From assembly GCA_964388035.1 (NCBI GenBank), contig CAYLZE010000013.1, forward strand, positions 1 through 64,000: a stretch of DNA of 64,000 nucleotides, in the 5' to 3' direction. The notes beneath the pieces are model-generated. The model had not been told where the DNA came from, did not search any database, and worked only from the letters and a program-made list of their open reading frames with translations. Origin of the DNA: an uncultured archaeon (GTDB lineage: Archaea > Asgardarchaeota > Lokiarchaeia > Sigyniarchaeales > SOKP01). The translations under genes and the position numbers were made by a program. Positions 62,197-64,000 of the stretch are shown piece by piece (within the stretch, counting starts at the first letter, position 1; each line of letters starts with the position of its first letter).

Positions 62197-62256
62197 TCCC
62201 ATCTTTATATATAGAGAATTTACTTGTAAGAACAAATATTAGAGAATACGATAAAA

Positions 62257-63618
62257 ATGGTAATAACTAAACGAGTACCCGCATTTAAAGAGGATTTGTG
62301 TGATAGATGCGGAATATGCCTTCATGAATGTCCCGTGCTACAATTACCCCTAGAACAAGCAAAAGTAGAAATTGCAAAATTAATCAAGGGAGAAGAGACT
62401 TCACTTGCTCTTTATAAATGTAACACGTGCTTTGCCTGCAATCTTTTCTGTCCCAATGATGCGAATCCCTATCAATTAATTCTGGAGAGATGGAATGACT
62501 TATATTATAAACGAGGGGCACCGCCCTTGTATCGATTTGTCTGTCCCACGGAAACCCCAAACATTTGGCAATTACTCAATATTTTTCTTTCTTCTCAAGA
62601 ACAAAAATGGATCTTTAAATGGATGAATCTAGAGCCAAAACCAGGGGATACCATTTTACTAATTGGAAATTATACCCACTTATTCCCTTTTATCATCGGT
62701 GGAAGTAAACTATTAGAATACTTCACACCTATTGATAGGATCGATCAATGGGAAGGGGGGGCTTATTTATACCAAGGGGGATATTTGGACGTGGTTCAAA
62801 AAATCGCAGAACGAACGAAAAGCGATTTCGATCATTGGGGGGCGCAAAATATAGTAGCAACATTAGATGCTGTAGAATTCATTTTTAATGAGGTTCATCC
62901 CAAGGAAATGGGAGTTAAACACGATCAGAATTTCAGGAATTTTAATGCCTGGTTCCTGGAAAAACTTGAATCAAAAGAAATTGAATTACCAAACAAATTA
63001 AATTTCAGCGTCACCGTACACGATAATTGCTATTCAAAAGCCATTGCAGGGAAATATTGGGAAGATCCAAGACAGATTTTGAAAAAATGTGGATGCAAGA
63101 TTATTGAAATGAAGCATAATCGAAAAGATTCTTTATGTTGCGGTTTTGGTGCGGGGGCTTCCTGGGTGAAAAATATGGCAATACCTTTTGACATTATATC
63201 TGAAGGAGCAAAAAAGTTCCGTGAAGCAGAAGAAACCGGAGCAGACGCATTAGTTTCTTATTGTGGCGGCTGCATTTATCTATTATGGGCAACCAAAGAA
63301 CTCTTGAGGAGCAAGATTAATTTATATCACATCATTGAAGTGGCTCGCATGGCAATGGGAGAGACCTTAAATTATCCTAAAGACCATGTCCGTAGAGCGT
63401 GGGACATCATTGCGATCATCACTTATCAACTTATATTATCTCTCTTCCAAACGAAATTTTACATAAAGAAAATAACTTATGATGATAAACGCTCGACATT
63501 TAAACCGAAAAATCATTATCTTTTGAAAACAATAAGAATCCTGTTTAATTCTAAACTGGTACGAACTTTTTATGCCATAATATTTCAAGCATTCATGCCA
63601 CTCATGAAAACAAGATAA
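62257..63618 (+). CDS. Fe-S protein of the HdrD/GlpC type, paralog with a degenerate first CCG domain
   Basis: CDRCGICLHECP, CNTCFACNLFCP, HDNC, CCG and CGGC. Confidence 0.88.
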   Translation: MVITKRVPAFKEDLCDRCGICLHECPVLQLPLEQAKVEIAKLIKGEETSLALYKCNTCFACNLFCPNDANPYQLILERWNDLYYKRGAPPLYRFVCPTETPNIWQLLNIFLSSQEQKWIFKWMNLEPKPGDTILLIGNYTHLFPFIIGGSKLLEYFTPIDRIDQWEGGAYLYQGGYLDVVQKIAERTKSDFDHWGAQNIVATLDAVEFIFNEVHPKEMGVKHDQNFRNFNAWFLEKLESKEIELPNKLNFSVTVHDNCYSKAIAGKYWEDPRQILKKCGCKIIEMKHNRKDSLCCGFGAGASWVKNMAIPFDIISEGAKKFREAEETGADALVSYCGGCIYLLWATKELLRSKINLYHIIEVARMAMGETLNYPKDHVRRAWDIIAIITYQLILSLFQTKFYIKKITYDDKRSTFKPKNHYLLKTIRILFNSKLVRTFYAIIFQAFMPLMKTR

Positions 63619-63730
63619 GCGATGCGAAACTCACGTCTTAATCTTTTTTTTTAAATTTTTAATCATGATAAATTAATAGTAATAACGTTGAAAATAAATA
63701 AATTTAAAAAAATTAATAAATAAGGTAAAA

Positions 63731-64000
63731 ATGGATATAGCATGGAGCCAATTAAAAAATCCGATTTTTGATCGTGATCGGCAAAATATTCAGGAGCGGG
63801 ATGGTGCCCTGTTCTTTTTCGAAGGTACTTTCTATTTGTATCACTGCGCTGTAGAATATCCCAAATTAGGAAAGTATCAATTTTACACCGATTTAATTAC
63901 AAGTAGGGATTTAGAGCATTGGTCAAATCCCCAACGCCTTTGGGATGCTCCCTTAGGTTTTTCAAGTCCTGGAAACGTCATTAAGGCAGGAAAAAAGTGG
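63731..64000 (+). CDS. Glycoside hydrolase, five-bladed beta-propeller (GH43/GH32-like), 3'-truncated
   Basis: Not in the ORF track. MDIAWSQLKNPIF..RDGALFFFEGTFYLY..TSRDLEHWS..SSPGNV is open to the window end. Confidence 0.72.
   Translation, partial: MDIAWSQLKNPIFDRDRQNIQERDGALFFFEGTFYLYHCAVEYPKLGKYQFYTDLITSRDLEHWSNPQRLWDAPLGFSSPGNVIKAGKKW

Noticed and set aside
1-64000. CRISPR arrays, tRNA/rRNA genes, transposases and integrases
   Set aside because: None recognised by eye; tRNAscan-SE, Infernal and CRISPR finders were not run.

Overview
This AT-rich archaeal window has gene content typical of Asgard archaea, most likely Lokiarchaeia (inferred from an E1/E2/JAB ubiquitin-type cluster, longin- and MglA-like small GTPases, an LRR/Zn-finger protein, an SCP2 protein and archaeal rps15/rps3ae). 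The first ~710 bp look bacterial and chimeric: a CCA-adding/HD enzyme fragment joined in frame to an ObgE fragment. The strongest candidate for an undescribed system is a ~16 kb co-oriented five-gene operon (27758-43781). It encodes a MacB/LolD-type ABC ATPase with extra N-terminal and PCI/winged-helix-like C-terminal modules, two different double-FtsX permeases, a ~1290-aa membrane-anchored surface protein that probably starts at a non-canonical ATT/ATA codon, and a 1615-aa membrane-anchored subtilase with a cytoplasmic 8-Cys zinc-ribbon tail. Other notable items are a SIM-like tail on the E2, a His-rich NikR near larC, a tailed short histone, a possible three-way-junction RNA upstream of rps15, a Whirly-like protein, a bacterial-type RNase III, a phased palindrome array, several unannotated pseudogenes and many tandem paralog pairs. 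I saw no rRNA, tRNA, CRISPR array or transposase by eye. All family calls come from motif recognition, not database searches.
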